Assembly (NCBI GenBank): GCA_964016885.1
Contig: OZ024743.1
Coordinates: 101,432,001 to 101,496,000, forward strand
From: Eledone cirrhosa
Taxonomy: Eukaryota
DNA length: 64,000 nt
Direction: 5' to 3'
The notes beneath the pieces were generated by a model. The model did no database searches. It was not told where the DNA came from and saw only the letters and a list, made by a program, of their open reading frames with translations. Below, in pieces: positions 38,760 to 53,977 of the stretch. The position numbers and the translations under genes were made by a program. The stretch's first letter is position 1. Every line of letters begins with the position of its first letter.

Positions 38760-41700
38760 ACCCAGAAATAACCGCAAATATCCGAAAATACCTGGAAACA
38801 CTCGGAAATACCCACTGCGCACTGCGCTTGCGCTATGGTTGGAGCGAGGTGCGCATGCGCGAAGGGTGGACCGTAGTGCGCATGCGCGACGGGGGACCGT
38901 ACTGCACATGGGTAATGGTGGATCCCACTGCGCATGCGCGAAGGTTGGAGAGTACTTTGCATTCACTATAGTTGGACCATAGTGCGCATTCGCGAAGGTT
39001 GGACCGTAGTGCGCATGCGCTAAGGTTGGACCGTAGGGCTCATGCGCGACGGTTGGACCCTAGAGCGCATGCGTGAAGGTTGGATCCCACTGTGCATGCG
39101 TGACGGTTGGACAGCACTGCCCGTGCGCTAAGGTTGGACCATAGTGCGTATGCGCGAAGGTTGGACCGCACTGCGCATGCGCCATCTTTGGACAGCATTG
39201 CGCATGCGCTAAGGTTGGACCGTAGTGAGCATGCGCGACTGTTGGACCATACTGCGCATGCGCGAAGGTCGGACCACACAGCGCATGCGCGAAGGTTGGA
39301 GAGTACTTTGCATTCACTATAGTTGGACCATAGTGCGCATTCGCGAAGGTTGGACCGTAGGGCTCATGCGCGACGGTTGGACCGTAGAGCGCATGCGTGA
39401 AGGTTGGATCCCACTGTGCATGCGTGAAGGTTGGACAGCACTCACGCACGCATACAATCACGCACGCACGCAATCACGCACTCAATCACGCACGCAATGA
39501 CGCACGCGTCACGCACGCACGGAGACACGAACGCACGTACGCACGCACGCATCCACGCACGCACGCAATATCGCACGCCTGCATGCACGCAATCACGCCC
39601 GCACGCACACAATCACGCACGTACGCAATCACGCACGCACGCAATCACACGCAATCACGTACGCACGGAATTACGCACGCACACAATCACGCACGCCAGC
39701 AATCACGCACGCAAGCACGCAATAACGCACGCACACACACACGCAATCACGCACGCACGCATTCACGCACGCAGGGAATCACGCATGCACGCAATCACGC
39801 ACGCACGCAATCACGCACGCACGCAATCACGCACGCACGCAATCACACACGCACGCAATCACGCACGCACGCAATCACGCACGCACGCAATCACGCACGC
39901 ACGCAATCAGGCACGCACGCAATCATGCACGCACGCACACAATCACGCACGCACGCAACCACGCACGCACGCAATGACGCAGGCACGCAGGAAATCACAC
40001 ACGCACGCACGCAATCACGCAGGCACGCAATCACGCAAGCACGCAATCACGCACGCACGTAATCACGCATGCAAGCAATCACACACGCACACAATCACGC
40101 ACGCACGCAATCACGCACGCACGCACGCAATCACGCACGCACGCAATAAGCACGCACGCAATCACGCACGCAATCACGCACGCAATCACGCACGCACGCA
40201 ATCACGCACGCACGCAATCACGCACGCACGCAATCACGCGCGCACGCAATCAGGCACGCACGCAATCATGCACGCACGCACACAATCACGCACGCACGCA
40301 ACCACGCACGCACGCAATGACGCAGGCACGCAGGAAATCACACACGCACGCACGCAATCACGCAGGCACGCAATCACGCAAGCACGCAATCACGCACGCA
40401 CGTAATCACGCATGCAAGCAATCACACACGCACACAATCACGCACGCACGCAATCACGCACGCACGCACGCAATCACGCACGCACGCACGCAATCACGCA
40501 CGCACGCAATAAGCACGCACGCAATCACGCACGCAATCACGCACGCAATCACGCACGCACGCAATCACGCACGCACGCAATCACGCACGCACGCAATCCC
40601 GCACGCACGCAATCAGGCACGCACGCAATCATGCACGCACGCACACAAGCACGCACGCACGCAATCACGCACGCACGCAATCACTCACGCACGCAATCAC
40701 GCATGCAAGCAATCACACACGCACACAATCACGCACGCACGCAATCACGCACGCACGCACGCAATCACGCACGCACGCAATAAGCACGCACGCAATCACG
40801 CACGCACGCAATCACGCACGCAATCACGCACGCACGCAATCACGCACGCACGCAATCACGCACGCACGCAATCACGCACGCACGCAATCACGCATGCAAG
40901 CAATCACGCACGCACGCAATCACGCACGCACGCAATCACGCACGCACGCAATAAGGCACGCACGCAATCACGCACGCTCGCACGCAATCACGCACGCACG
41001 CACGCAATCACGCACGCACGCAATAAGCACGCACGCAATCACGCACGCACGCAATCACGCACGCAATCACGCACGCACGCAATCACGCACGCACGCAATC
41101 ACGCACGCACGCAATCACGCATGCAAGCAATCACGCACGCACGCAATCACGCACGCTCGCACGCAATCACGCACGCTCGCACGCAATCACGCATGCACGC
41201 ACGCACGAAAACACGCACGCACGCAATCACGAACGCAATAAGGCACGCACGCAATCATGCACGCACGCACTCAATCACGCACAAACGCAATCACGCAGGC
41301 ACGCACGAAATCACGCACGCACGCACGCAATCACGCAGGCACGCAATCACGCACGCACGCAATCACGCACGCACGCACGCACGCAATCACGCATGCAAGC
41401 AATCACACACGCACACAATCACGCACGCACGCAATCACGCACGCACGCACGCAATCACGCACGCACGCAATAAGCACGCACGCAATCACGCACGCACGCA
41501 ATCACGCACGCACGCAATCACTCACGCACGCAATCACGCATGCAAGCAATCACACACGCACACAATCACGCACGCACGCAATCACGCACGCACGCACGCA
41601 ATCACGCACGCACGCAATAAGCACGCACGCAATCACGCACGCAATCACGCACGCACGCAATCACGCACGCACGCAATCACGCACGCAATCACGCACGCAC

Positions 41701-44438
41701 GCAATCACGCATGCAAGCAATCACGCACGCACGCAATCACGCACGCACGCAATCACGCACGCACGCAATAAGGCACGCACGCAATCACGCACGCTCGCAC
41801 GCAATCACGCACGCACGCACGCAATCACGCACGCACGCAATAAGCACGCACGCAATCACGCACGCACGCAATCACGCACGCACGCAATCACGCACGCACG
41901 CAATCACGCACGCACGCAATCACGCACGCACGCAATCACGCATGCAAGCAATCACGCACGCACGCAATCACGCACGCTCGCACGCAATCACGCACGCTCG
42001 CACGCAATCACGCATGCACGCACGCACGAAAACACGCACGCACGCAATCACGAACGCAATAAGGCACGCACGCAATCATGCACGCACGCACTCAATCACG
42101 CACAAACGCAATCACGCAGGCACGCACGAAATCACGCACGCACGCACGCAATCACGCAGGCACGCAATCACGCACGCACGCAATCACGCACGCACGCACG
42201 CACGCAATCACGCATGCAAGCAATCACACACGCACACAATCACGCACGCACGCAATCACGCACGCACGCACGCAATCACGCACGCACGCAATAAGCACGC
42301 ACGCAATCACGCACGCACGCAATCACGCACGCACGCAATCACGCACGCACGCAATCACGCATGCAAGCAATCACGCACGCACGCAATCACGCACGCACGC
42401 AATCACGCCCGCACGCAATAAGGCATGCACGCAATCACGCACGCTCGCACGCAATCACGCACACACGCACGCAATCACGCACGCACGCAATAAGCACGCA
42501 CGCAATCACGCACGCACGCAATCACGCAATCACGCACGCACGCAATCACGCACGCACGCAATCACGCACGCACGCAATCACGCACGCACGCAATCACGCA
42601 TGCAAGCAATCACGCACGCACGCAATCACGCACGCACGCAATCACGCACGCACGCAATAAGGCACGCACGCAATCACGCACGCTCGCACGCAATCACGCA
42701 CGCACGCACGCAATCACGCAAAAACGCAATTACGCACGCACGCAATCACGCACGGACGCAAGCTCGCAATCAAGAAACCAACGCAATCACCCACGCATGC
42801 ACGCAATCACTCAGGCACGCAATCACGCACGCACGCAATCACGCACGCACGCAATCACGCACGCACGCAATCACGCACGGACGCAATCACGCACGGACGC
42901 AAGCTCGCAATCAAGAAACCAACGCAATCACCCACGCATGCACGCAATCACGCAATCACTCAGGCACGCAATCACTTACGCACGCACGCACGCACGCAAT
43001 CACGCACGCAATCACGCACCCACGCAATCACGCAATCACGCACGAAATCACGCACGCAATCACGCACGCACACACGCAATCACGCACGCAATCACGCACG
43101 CATGAAATCACACACGCACGCAGCGTGCGTGTGTGATTGCGTCCATGCGTGATTGCGTGCGTGATTGCGTGCGTGCGTGCGTGATTGCGTGCGTGCGTGA
43201 TTGCGTGAATGCGTGCGTGCGTGAGTCCGTGCGTGATTACATGATTGCGTGCGTGCGTGATTGCGTGCGGGCCGCCGTGCTTGCGTGATTGCGTGCGTGC
43301 GTCAATGCGTGCGTGCGTGATTGCGTGCGTGTGTGCGTGCGTGATTGCGTGCGTGCGCGATTGCGAGCGTGCGTGTGTGTGTGCGTGCGTGTGTGCGTGC
43401 GTGCTTGCGCGCGTGCATGATTGCTTTCGTTCGTGCGTGATTGCGTGCGTGCGTACGTGATTGCGTGCGTATGTGCTTGCGTGCGTGATTGCACGCAATC
43501 ACGCACGCTCGCAATCACGCACTCAATCACGCACGTACGCAATAAGGCACGCACGCAATCACGCACGCAATCACGCACGGACGCACACAATCACGCACGC
43601 ACGTACACAATCACGCACGCACGCAATCACGCAATCATGCACGAAATCACGCACGCACGCACGCAATCATGCAATCACGCACGCACGCACGCAATCACGC
43701 ACGCACGCACGCAATCACGCACGCACGCAATGACGCACGCACGCAATCACACACGCGTGCGTGATTGCGTTTGAGCGTGCGTGCGTGATTGCGTGCGTGC
43801 GTGATTGCGTGCGTACGTGATTGCGTGCGTGATTGCATGATTGCGTGGGTGCGTGATTGCGTGCGTGATTGCGTGCGTACGTGATTGCATGATTGCGTGG
43901 GTGCGTGATTGCGTGCGTGATTGCGTGCGTACGTGATTGCGTGTGTGCGTGTGTGCGTGATTGCGTGCGTGAGTTATTGCGTGATTGCGTGCATGAATGC
44001 GTGATTGCGTTGGTTTCTTGATTGCGAGCGTGCGTGCGTGATTGCGTGCGTGCGTGCGCGATTGCGTGCGTGCGTGATTGCGTGCGTGCGTGCGTGTGTG
44101 CGTGTGTGCGTGATTGCGCGCGTGCATGATTGCGTTCGTTCGTGCGTGATTGCGTGCGTGTGTACGTGATTGCGTGCGTGATTGCGTGTGTGCGTGCGTG
44201 ATTGCGTGCGTACGTGAATGCGGCCGTTGGTGATTGTGTGCGTGTGTGTGTTCGTGCGTGATTGCGTGTGTTCGTGCGTGATTGCGTGCGTGCGTGATTG
44301 CTTGCAGATGGTACTGCGCATGCGCGAAGGTCCGACCGCACAGCGCATGCGCGAAGGTTGGACAGCCCTGCGCAATGCGCTAAGGTTGGACCGTACGGCG
44401 CATGCGCAGTGCTGTTCCCCGGTTTCGTTTCGTTTTTT
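38760..44438. repeat. subtelomeric module B
   Basis: Same order; CACGCAAT array 39440-44305 with flips at ~43120, ~43490 and ~43755. Confidence 0.9.
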
Positions 44439-44819
44439 AAATTAAATTAAATTAAATTAAATTAAATTAAATTAAATTAATTAATGAAATAATAGAAAAT
44501 AAAATAAAATAAAATAAAATAAAATAAAATAAAATAAAATGAAATAAAATAAAATTAATTTAATTAATTAATGAATTAATTATTTAATTTATTTTATTTT
44601 ATTTTATATTATTTTAATTTATTTTAATTAATTTAATTAATTAATTAATTAATAAAAATTTAATTAAATTAATTAATCAATTAAATTAATTAATTAAATT
44701 AAATTAAAATTAATTAATATTAATTAAAACAAAATAAAATAAAATAAAAATAAAATTAATTAATTAATTAATTAATTAATTTAATTAATTTAATTTAATT
44801 TAATTTAATTTAATTTAAT

Positions 44820-47800
44820 ACCCAGAAATAACCGCAAACACCCGGGAACACCCGGAAATAGCCCACTGCGCACTGCGCATGCGCTAAGGTTGGACCGTAG
44901 TGCACATGCGCGAAGGTTGGACCGTAGTGCGCATGCGCGACGGTTGGACCGTACTGCGCATGCGCGAATGTTGGATCCCACTGCACATGCGTAAAGGTTG
45001 GACAGCACTGATCATACGCTAAGGTTGGACCATAGTGCACATGCACGAAGGTTGGACCGTAGTGCGCTGCGCGAGGGTTGGTCCGTAGTGCGCATGCGCG
45101 AGGTTTGGACCGTACAGCGCATGCGCGAAGGTCGGAGCGTACAGCCCATGCGCCAAAGTTTGAACGTAGTGCGCATGCGCGAATGTTGATCCCACTGCGC
45201 ATGCGTGAAGGTTGGACAGCACTGCGCATGCGCGAAGGTTGGACCGTACTGCGGATGAGGAAGGTCGGACCGTAGTGCGCATGCGCGACGGTTGGATCAT
45301 AGTGCGTAAACGCGAAGGCTGGACCGTAGTGCGCATGCGCGTTGGTTGGATCCTACTGCGCATACGCGAAGGTTGGACCGCACTGCGCATGCGCCAAGGT
45401 TGGACACCACTGCGCATCCGCTAAGGTTGGACCGTAGTGCGCATGCGCGAAGGACGGACCGTACTGCGCATGCGCGAAAGTTGGATAGTACTACCCATGC
45501 GCGCAGGTTGGACAGTAGTGCGCATGCGCTAAAGTTGCACCGTACTGCGCATGCGCGAATGTTGGATCCCACAGCGCATGCGTGAAGATTGGACAGCACT
45601 GCGCATGCGTTAAGGTTGGACCATAGTGCGCATACGCGAGGTTGGACCGTAGTGCGCATGCGCGGAGGTTGGACCGTAGCGGCGCATGCACGAGGGTTGG
45701 ACCATACAGCGCATGCGCGAAGGTCGGACCGAACAGCCCATGCACCAACGTTTGACCGTAGTGCGCATGCGCGAACGTTGATCCCACTGCGCATGCGTGA
45801 AGGTTGGACAGCACTGCGCATGCGCTAAGGTTGGACCATAGTGCGCATGCGCTAAGATTGGACCATAATGCGCATGCGCGAAGTTTGGACCGTAGTGCGC
45901 ATGCGCGAAAGTTGGACCGTAGTGCGCATGAGCGACGGTTGGACCGTACTGTGTATACGCGAAGGTTGGAACGGACTGCGCATGCGCGAATGTTGGATCC
46001 CACTGCGCATGCGTGAAGGTTGGACAGCACTGCGAATGCGCTAAGGGTGGACCATAGTGCGCATGTGCGAAGGTTGCACCGTAGTGCGCATGCGCGAATG
46101 TTGAACCGTAGTGAACATGTGCGACGGTTGGACAGTACTGCGCATTCGCGAAGGTTTGATCGTACTGAGCATGCGCGAAGGTTGGACCGCACTGCGCATG
46201 CGCCAAGTTTGGACAGCATTGCGCATGTGCTAAGGTTGAACCGTAGTGAGCATGCGTGACGGTTGGACCATACTGCGCATGCGCGAAGGTTGGACCGCAT
46301 GGCGCATGCGCCAAGGCTGGACAGCACTGCGCATGTGCTAAGGTTGTACCGTAGTTCGCATGCGCGAAGGTCGGACTGCACAGCGAAGGTTGGACAGTAC
46401 TGCCCATGCACTAAGGTTGGACCATATTGCGCATTCGCGAAGGTTGGACTGTAGTGCGCATGCGCTAAGGTTGTACCATAATGCGCATGCGTGAATGTTG
46501 GATCCCACTGCGCATGCGTGAAGGTTGGACAGCACTGCCTATGCGCTAAGTTTGGATCAGAGTGCGCATGCGCGAAGGTTGGACAGTAGTACGCATGCGC
46601 AAAGGTTGGACCGTAGTACGCATGCGCGACGGTTTGACCGTACTGCGCATGCGCCAAATTTGGACAGCACCAACACACGCACACACGCACGCAATCACGC
46701 AACAATCACGCACGCAATCACGCACGCAATCACGCACGCACGCAATCACGCACGCACGCAATCACGCACGTACGCAATCATGCACGCACGCACGCAATCA
46801 CGCACGCAATCATGCACGCACTCACGCACACACGCACACAATCACGCACGCACGCAATCACGCACGCAATGAAGCACGCATGCACGCAATCACGCACGCA
46901 CGCAATCACGCACGCACGCAATCACGCACGCACGCAATCACGCACGCACGCAATCATGTACGCACGCGATCACGCACGCACGCAATCACCCACCCACGCA
47001 CGCAATAACGCACGCATGCAATCATGCATGCACGCACGCAATCACGTACCCACGCACGCAATCACGCACGCACGCAATCACGCAAGCACGCAATCACACA
47101 CGCACGCAATCACACACTCACTCACGCAATCAAGCACGCACGCAATCACGCACACACTCACGCACTCACGCACGCACGCAATCACGCACGCACGCAATCA
47201 TGCACGCACGCACGCACGCATCCACGCACGCACGCAATGTCGCACGCACGCAATGTCGCACGCACGCAATCAGGCACGCACGCACACACACACGCAATCA
47301 CACACGCACGCACGCAATCACACACGCACGCAATCATGCACGCACGCACGCAATCACGCGCGCACGCAATCATGCATGCACGCAATCACGCACACACGCA
47401 CACAATCACGCACGCACGCAATCACGCACGCAATCAAGCACACATGCACGCAATCACGCACGCAATCACGCACGCACGCAATAACGTACGCACACACGCA
47501 CGCACGCAATCAGGCACGCAATCACGCACGCAATCACGCACACACGCACACACGCACGCACGCAAGCACGCAATCACGCACCCACACAATCATGCACGCA
47601 CGCACGCACGCAATCATGCACGCACGCAATCACGCACACACGCACACAATCACGCCCGCACCCAATCACGCACGCAATAAAGCACGCAAGCACGCAATCA
47701 CGCACGCAATCACGCACGCAACCACGCACGCACGCAATCACGCACGCACGCAATCACCTACCCACGCACGCAATAACGCACGCACGCAATCATGCATGCA

Positions 47801-49638
47801 CGCACGCAATCACGTACCCACGCACGCAATCACGCACGCACGCAATCACACACTCACTCACGCAATCAAGCACGCACGCAATCACGCACACACTCACGCA
47901 CTCACGCACGCACGCAATCACGCACGCACGCACGCGCTCATTCACGCACGCACGCAATGTCGCACGCACGCACGCAATCAGGCACGCACGCACACACACA
48001 CGCAATCACACACGCACGCACGCAATCACACACGCACGCAATCATGCACGCACGCACGCAATCACGCGCGCACGCAATCATGCATGCACGCAATCACGCA
48101 CACACGCACACAATCACGCACGCACGCAATCACGCACGCAATCAAGCACGCATGCACGCAATCACGCACGCAATCACGCACGCACGCAATAACGCACGCA
48201 CACACGCACGCACGCAATCACGCACGCAATCACGCACGCAATCACGTACACACGCACACACGCACGCACGCAAGCACGCAATCACGCACCCACACAATCA
48301 TGCACGCACGCACGCAATCATGCACGCACGCAATCACGCACACACGCACACAATCACGCCCGCACCCAATCACGCACGCAATAAAGCACGCAAGCACGCA
48401 ATCACGCACGCAATCACGCACGCAACTACGCACGCACGCAATCACGCACGCAACTACGCACGCACGCAATCACGCACGCACGCAATCACCCACCCACGCA
48501 CGCAATAACGCACGCACGCAATTATGCATGCACGCACGCAATCACGTACCCACGCACGCAATCACGCACGCATGCAATCACGCAAGCACGCAATCACGCA
48601 CGCACGCAATAACACACTCACTCAAGCAATCAAGCACGTACGCAATCACGCACACACTCCGCACGCAATCACGCACACACGCACGCAATCATGCACGCAC
48701 GCAGGCGCTCATTCACGCACGCCCGCATCCACGCACGCACGAAATGTCGCACGCACACACACACGCAATCAAACACGCATTCACGCACGCACGCATTCAC
48801 GCACGCACGCATTAACGCACGCACGCAATTACGCACATCTGCAATCACACACGCACGCACGCAATCACGCATGCACTGACGCAATCACGCACGCACGCAA
48901 TAAGGCACGCACGCACGCAATCACGCACGCACACACGCACGCAATCACGCAGGCACGCATTCAGGCAATCACGCACGCAATCACACACACAATCACACAC
49001 GCACGCGCACGCACGCACGAAATCACGCACGCACGCAGCGTGCGTGTGTGATTGCGTGCGTGATTGCGTGCGTGCGTGATTGCGCGCATACGTGCGTGAT
49101 TGCGTGTGTGCGTGCCTGCGTTCGTGATTGCGTGCGTGATTGGCTGCGTGCGTGAATGCGTGCCTGCGTGATTGCGTGCGTGTGTGCGTGATTCCATGCG
49201 TGTGTTAATGCGTGCGTGAGTGATTGTGTGCGTGATTGCGTGCGTGCGTGCGTGCGTGATTGCGTGCGTGAGTGCGTACGTGCGTGCGTGATTGCGTGTG
49301 TGCGTGCGTGATTGTGTGCGTGATTGCGTGCGTGCGTTATTGCGAGCGTGCGTGCGTGTGTGTGTGTGCGTGCGAGTGTGCGTGCGTGATTGCGTGCGTG
49401 ATTGCGTGCCTGCGTGATTGCGTGCCTGCGTGATTGCGTGCGTTCGTGCGTGATTGCGTGCGTGCGTTCGTGCGTGTGTGCGTGATTGCGTGCGGACCGC
49501 ACTGCGCATGAGCCAAGTTTGGACAGCACTGTCCATGTGCAGTACGGTTCAACCTTAGGGCATGCGCACTACGGTCCAACCTCGAAACCAATTTTGTTTC
49601 CTTAGGTTTTATAGGTACCCTGGTTCGTTTCGTTTTTT
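44820..49638. repeat. subtelomeric module C
   Basis: 27-mer array 44866-46670; CACG array 46671-49492 with a flip at ~49037; short T-rich end. Confidence 0.9.
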
Positions 49639-50267
49639 AAATTAAATTAAATTAAATTAAATTAAATTAAATTAAATTAAATTAAATTAAATTAAATTAA
49701 ATTAATTAAAAAATTAATTAATTAATTAATTAATAAATTAATTAAATAAAATAAAATAAAATAAAATAATTAAAATAGAATAAAATAAAATTAAATAAAA
49801 TAAATTAAATTAAATTAAAATAATTAATTAATTAATTAATTAATTATTTAATATAATTTAATTTATTTTATTTTATTTTACTTTAATTTATCTTAATTGA
49901 TTTAATTAATTAATTAATTAATTTAAATTTAATTTAATTAATTAATCAATTAAATTAATTAATTAAAATAAAATAAAATATAATAAAATAAAATAAAATA
50001 AATAAAATAAAATAATTAATTAATTAATTAATTAATTAATTTAATATAATAAAATAAAAATAAAATAAAATAAAATAAAATAAAATAAAATAAAATAAAA
50101 TAAAATAAAATAAAATAAAATAAAATAAAATAAAATAAAATAAAATAAAATAATTAATTAATTAATTAATTAATTAATTAATTAATTAATTAATTAATTA
50201 ATTAATTAATTAATTAATTAATTTATTTATTTATTGAATTTAATTTAATTTAATTTAATTTAATTTA

Positions 50268-50777
50268 ACACCCGGAAATAACCGGAAATGGCCGAAAATA
50301 CCCGGAAATATCCGGAAATACCCGGAAACACCCGGAAATAGCCCGCTGCGCATTCCTCATGCGCCAAAGTTGGACAGCACTGCGCCTTCGCTAAGGTTGG
50401 ACCGTAGTGCGCATGCGCGAATGTCGGACTGCACAGCGCATGCGCGAAGGTTCGCTCATAATGCGCATGCGAGAAGGTTGGCCCGTAGTGCGCATGCGCA
50501 GTGCTGTCCAAACTTGGCGAATGCGCAGTGCGGTCCTACTTTCGCGCATACGCGGTACGGTCCAACCTTCGCGCATGCGCACTACGGTCCAACCTCGAAA
50601 CCAGTTTTGTTTCATTTGGATTTAGGGTTCTCAGTTTCGTCTCGTTTCGGATTTTTAGGTTTCCGGTTTCGTTTCGTTAGGTTTTATAGGTTCCCCGATT
50701 TCGTTTAATATGTTTTTTTAGGTTCCCCGGTTTCGTTTCGTGAGGGTTTTAGGTACCCCGGCTTCGTTTCGTTTTTT
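50268..50777. repeat. subtelomeric module D (no CACG expansion)
   Basis: About 7 CCGGAAA units; 27-mers flip at TGCGCATGCGCA (~50489-50500); T-rich 28-mers. Confidence 0.9.
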
Positions 50778-51194
50778 AAATTAAATTAAATTAAATTAAA
50801 TTAAATTAAATTAAATTAAATTAAATTAAATTAAATTAAATTTAAATGAATTAAATTAATTAATTAATTAATTAATTAATTAATAAAATAAAATAAAATA
50901 ACATAAAATAAAATAAAATAAATAAAATAAAAGAGTTAATAATTAATTAATTAATTAATTAATTAATTAATTAATTAATTAATTAATAAAATAAAATAAA
51001 ATAAAATAAAATAAATTAAATTAAATTAAATTAAATTAAATTAAATTAAATTAAATTAAAATGAATTAAAATAATTAATTAATTAATTAATTACATAATT
51101 AATTAATTAATTAATTAAATTAATTAAAATAAAATATAATAAAATAAAATAAAATAAATAAAATAAAATAATTAATTAATTAATTAATAAAATA

Positions 51195-51467
51195 GGTTGA
51201 ACAGCGCTGCGCATGCGCAGTGCTGTTCAACCTTGGTGCATGCGCAGTGCCGTGCAACCTTCGCGCATGAACAGTACGGTCCAACCTTCGCGCATGCGCA
51301 GTACGGTTCAACCTCGAAACCAGTTTCGTTCCTTTGGTTTTTTAGGTTCCCCGGTTTCCTCACGTTTCGGTTTTTTAGGTTCCCCGGTTTGGTTTGGTTT
51401 GGTTTTTTAGGTTCCCAGGTTTCGTTTCGTTTGATTTTTTAGGTACCCCGGTTTCGTTTCGTTTTTT
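51195..51467. repeat. subtelomeric module E (5'-truncated)
   Basis: Lacks the CCGGAAAT part; flip at ~51208-51219; T-rich 28-mers. Confidence 0.85.
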
Positions 51468-51613
51468 AAATTAGATTAAATTAAATTAAATTAAATTAAA
51501 ATAAATTAAATTAAATTAAATTAAATTAAATTAAATTAAATTAAAATGAATTAAATAATTAATTAATTAATTAATTAATAAAATAAAATAAAATAAAATA
51601 AAATAAAATAAAA

Positions 51614-51668
<55 letters not shown>

Positions 51669-51937
51669 GTAAATAAATAAATTAAATAATTAATTAATTA
51701 ATTAATTATTTAATTTATTTCATTTTATTTTATATTAATTTATTTTAATTAATTTAATTAATTAGTTACTTAATTTAAATTTAATTTAATTAAATAATTA
51801 ATTAAATTAATTAAAATAAAATAAAATATAATAAAATAAAATAAAATAAAATAAATTTAATTAATTAATTAATTTAATTAATTTAATTTATTTTAATTTA
51901 ATTTAATTTAATTTAATTTATTTTATTTTATTTTAAT

Positions 51938-52391
51938 ACACGGAAATAACCAGAAATACCCGGAAATACCCGGAAACACCCGGAAATAGCCCACTGAGCA
52001 CTGCGCATGCGCCAAGGTTGGACAGCACAGCGCAAGTGCTAAGGTTGAACCGTAGAGCGCATCCGCGAAGGTCGGCCCGTACTGCGCATACGCGAAGTTC
52101 GGAACGCACAGCGCATTCGCGAAGTTTGTACAGCAATGCGCATGCGCTAAGTTTGGACCATAGTGCGCATGCGCTAAGGTTGGACCGTACTGCGCATGCG
52201 AAGTGCTGTCCAACCTTCGCGCATGCGCACTACGGTCCAACCTCGAAACCAGTTTCGTTTCATTTGGTTTTTTAGGTTCCTCGGTTTCGTTTCGGTTGGT
52301 TTTTTAGGTTCCCCGGTTTCGTTTGGTTTTTTAGGTTCCCCGGTTTCGTTTCGTTAGGTTTTTTAGGTACCCCGGTTTCGTTTCGGTTTTT
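51938..52391. repeat. subtelomeric module F
   Basis: Same order as module D. Confidence 0.9.
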
Positions 52392-52745
52392 AAATTAAAT
52401 TAAATTAAATTAAATTAAATTGAATTAAATTAAATTAAAATGAATTAAAATAATTAATTAATTCATAAAAAAATAAATAAAATAAATAAATTAAATTAAT
52501 TAATTAAATAATTAAGTAATTAATTAATTAATAAATTAAATTATTTATTAATTAAATTAATTAAAATAAAATAAAATACAATAAAATAAAATAAAATAAA
52601 ATAAAATAAAATAAAATAAAATAAAATAAAATAAAATAAAATAAAATAAATTAAAATAGAATAAAATAAAATAAATTTAATTAATTAATTAATTAATTAA
52701 TTTAATTAATTTAATTTAATTTAATTTAATTTAATATAATTTAAT

Positions 52746-53159
52746 ACCGGGAAATATCCTTAAATACCCGGAAACAACTGGAAAAGCCCACTGCGCATGC
52801 GCCAAGGTTGGACAGCACAGCGCATGTGCTAAGGTTGGACCATAGTGCGCATGCGCGAAGGTTGAACCGTAGCGCGCATGGGCTAAGGTTAGACCGTACT
52901 GCGCATGCGCAGTGCAGTCCAACTTTCGCGCATGCGCAGTACGGTCCAACCTTCGCGCATGCGCAGTACGGTCCAACTTTCGCGCAGGCGAACTACGGTC
53001 CAACTCCAAACCAGTTTCGTTTGGTTTCGTTTTTTAGGTTCCCTGGTTTCGTCTCGTTTCGGTTTTTTAAGTTCCCCGTTTTCGTTTCGTTTGTTTTTTT
53101 AGGTTCCCCGTTTTCGGTTCAATTGGTTTTTTAGGTACCCTGGTTTCGTTTCGTTTTTT
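52746..53159. repeat. subtelomeric module G
   Basis: Same order as module D. Confidence 0.9.
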
Positions 53160-53977
53160 AAATTAAATTAAATTAAATTAAATTAAATTAAATTAAATTA
53201 AATTAAAATGAATTAAAATAATTAATTAATTAATTAATTAGTAAAATAAAATAAAATAAATAAAATAAAATAAAATAAAATAAAATAAAATAAATAAATA
53301 AATAAATTAATTAAATAATTAATTAATTAATTATTTTATTTATTTTATTTTATTTTATATTAATTTATTTTAATTAATTTATTTAATTAGTTAATTAATT
53401 TAAATTTAATTAATTTAATTAATGGATTAAATTAATTAATTAAATTAAATTTAAATTAATTAATTAATTAATTAAATTAATTAAAATAAAATAAAATATA
53501 ATAAAATAAAATAAAATAAATAAAATAAAATAATTAATTAATTAATTAATTAAAAAAATAAAATAAAATTAATAAAATAAAATGAAATAAAATAAAATAA
53601 ATTAAATTAAATTAAATTAAATTAAATTAAATTGATTTAAATTAATTAATTAATTATTTAATTTAATTTATTTTATTTAATTTTATTATATTTTATTTTA
53701 TTTTAATTAATTAAATTAATTAATTAATTAATTAAAATTTAATTTAATTAATTTATCAATTAAATTACTTAATTAAATTAAAATTAAATTAATTAATTAA
53801 TTAATTAAATTTATTAAAATAAAATAAAATAAAATAAAATAAAATAAAATAAATAAGATAAAATAAAATAAAATAAAATAAAATAAAATAAAATAAAATA
53901 AAATAAAATAAAATAAAATAAAATGAAATGAAATAAAATGAAATTAATTTAATTAATTTAATTTAATTTAATTTAAT

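Noticed and set aside
35726-46670. 27-bp palindromic repeats as a CRISPR array
   Set aside because: Units are contiguous with no unique spacers, there are no cas genes, and the context is eukaryotic.
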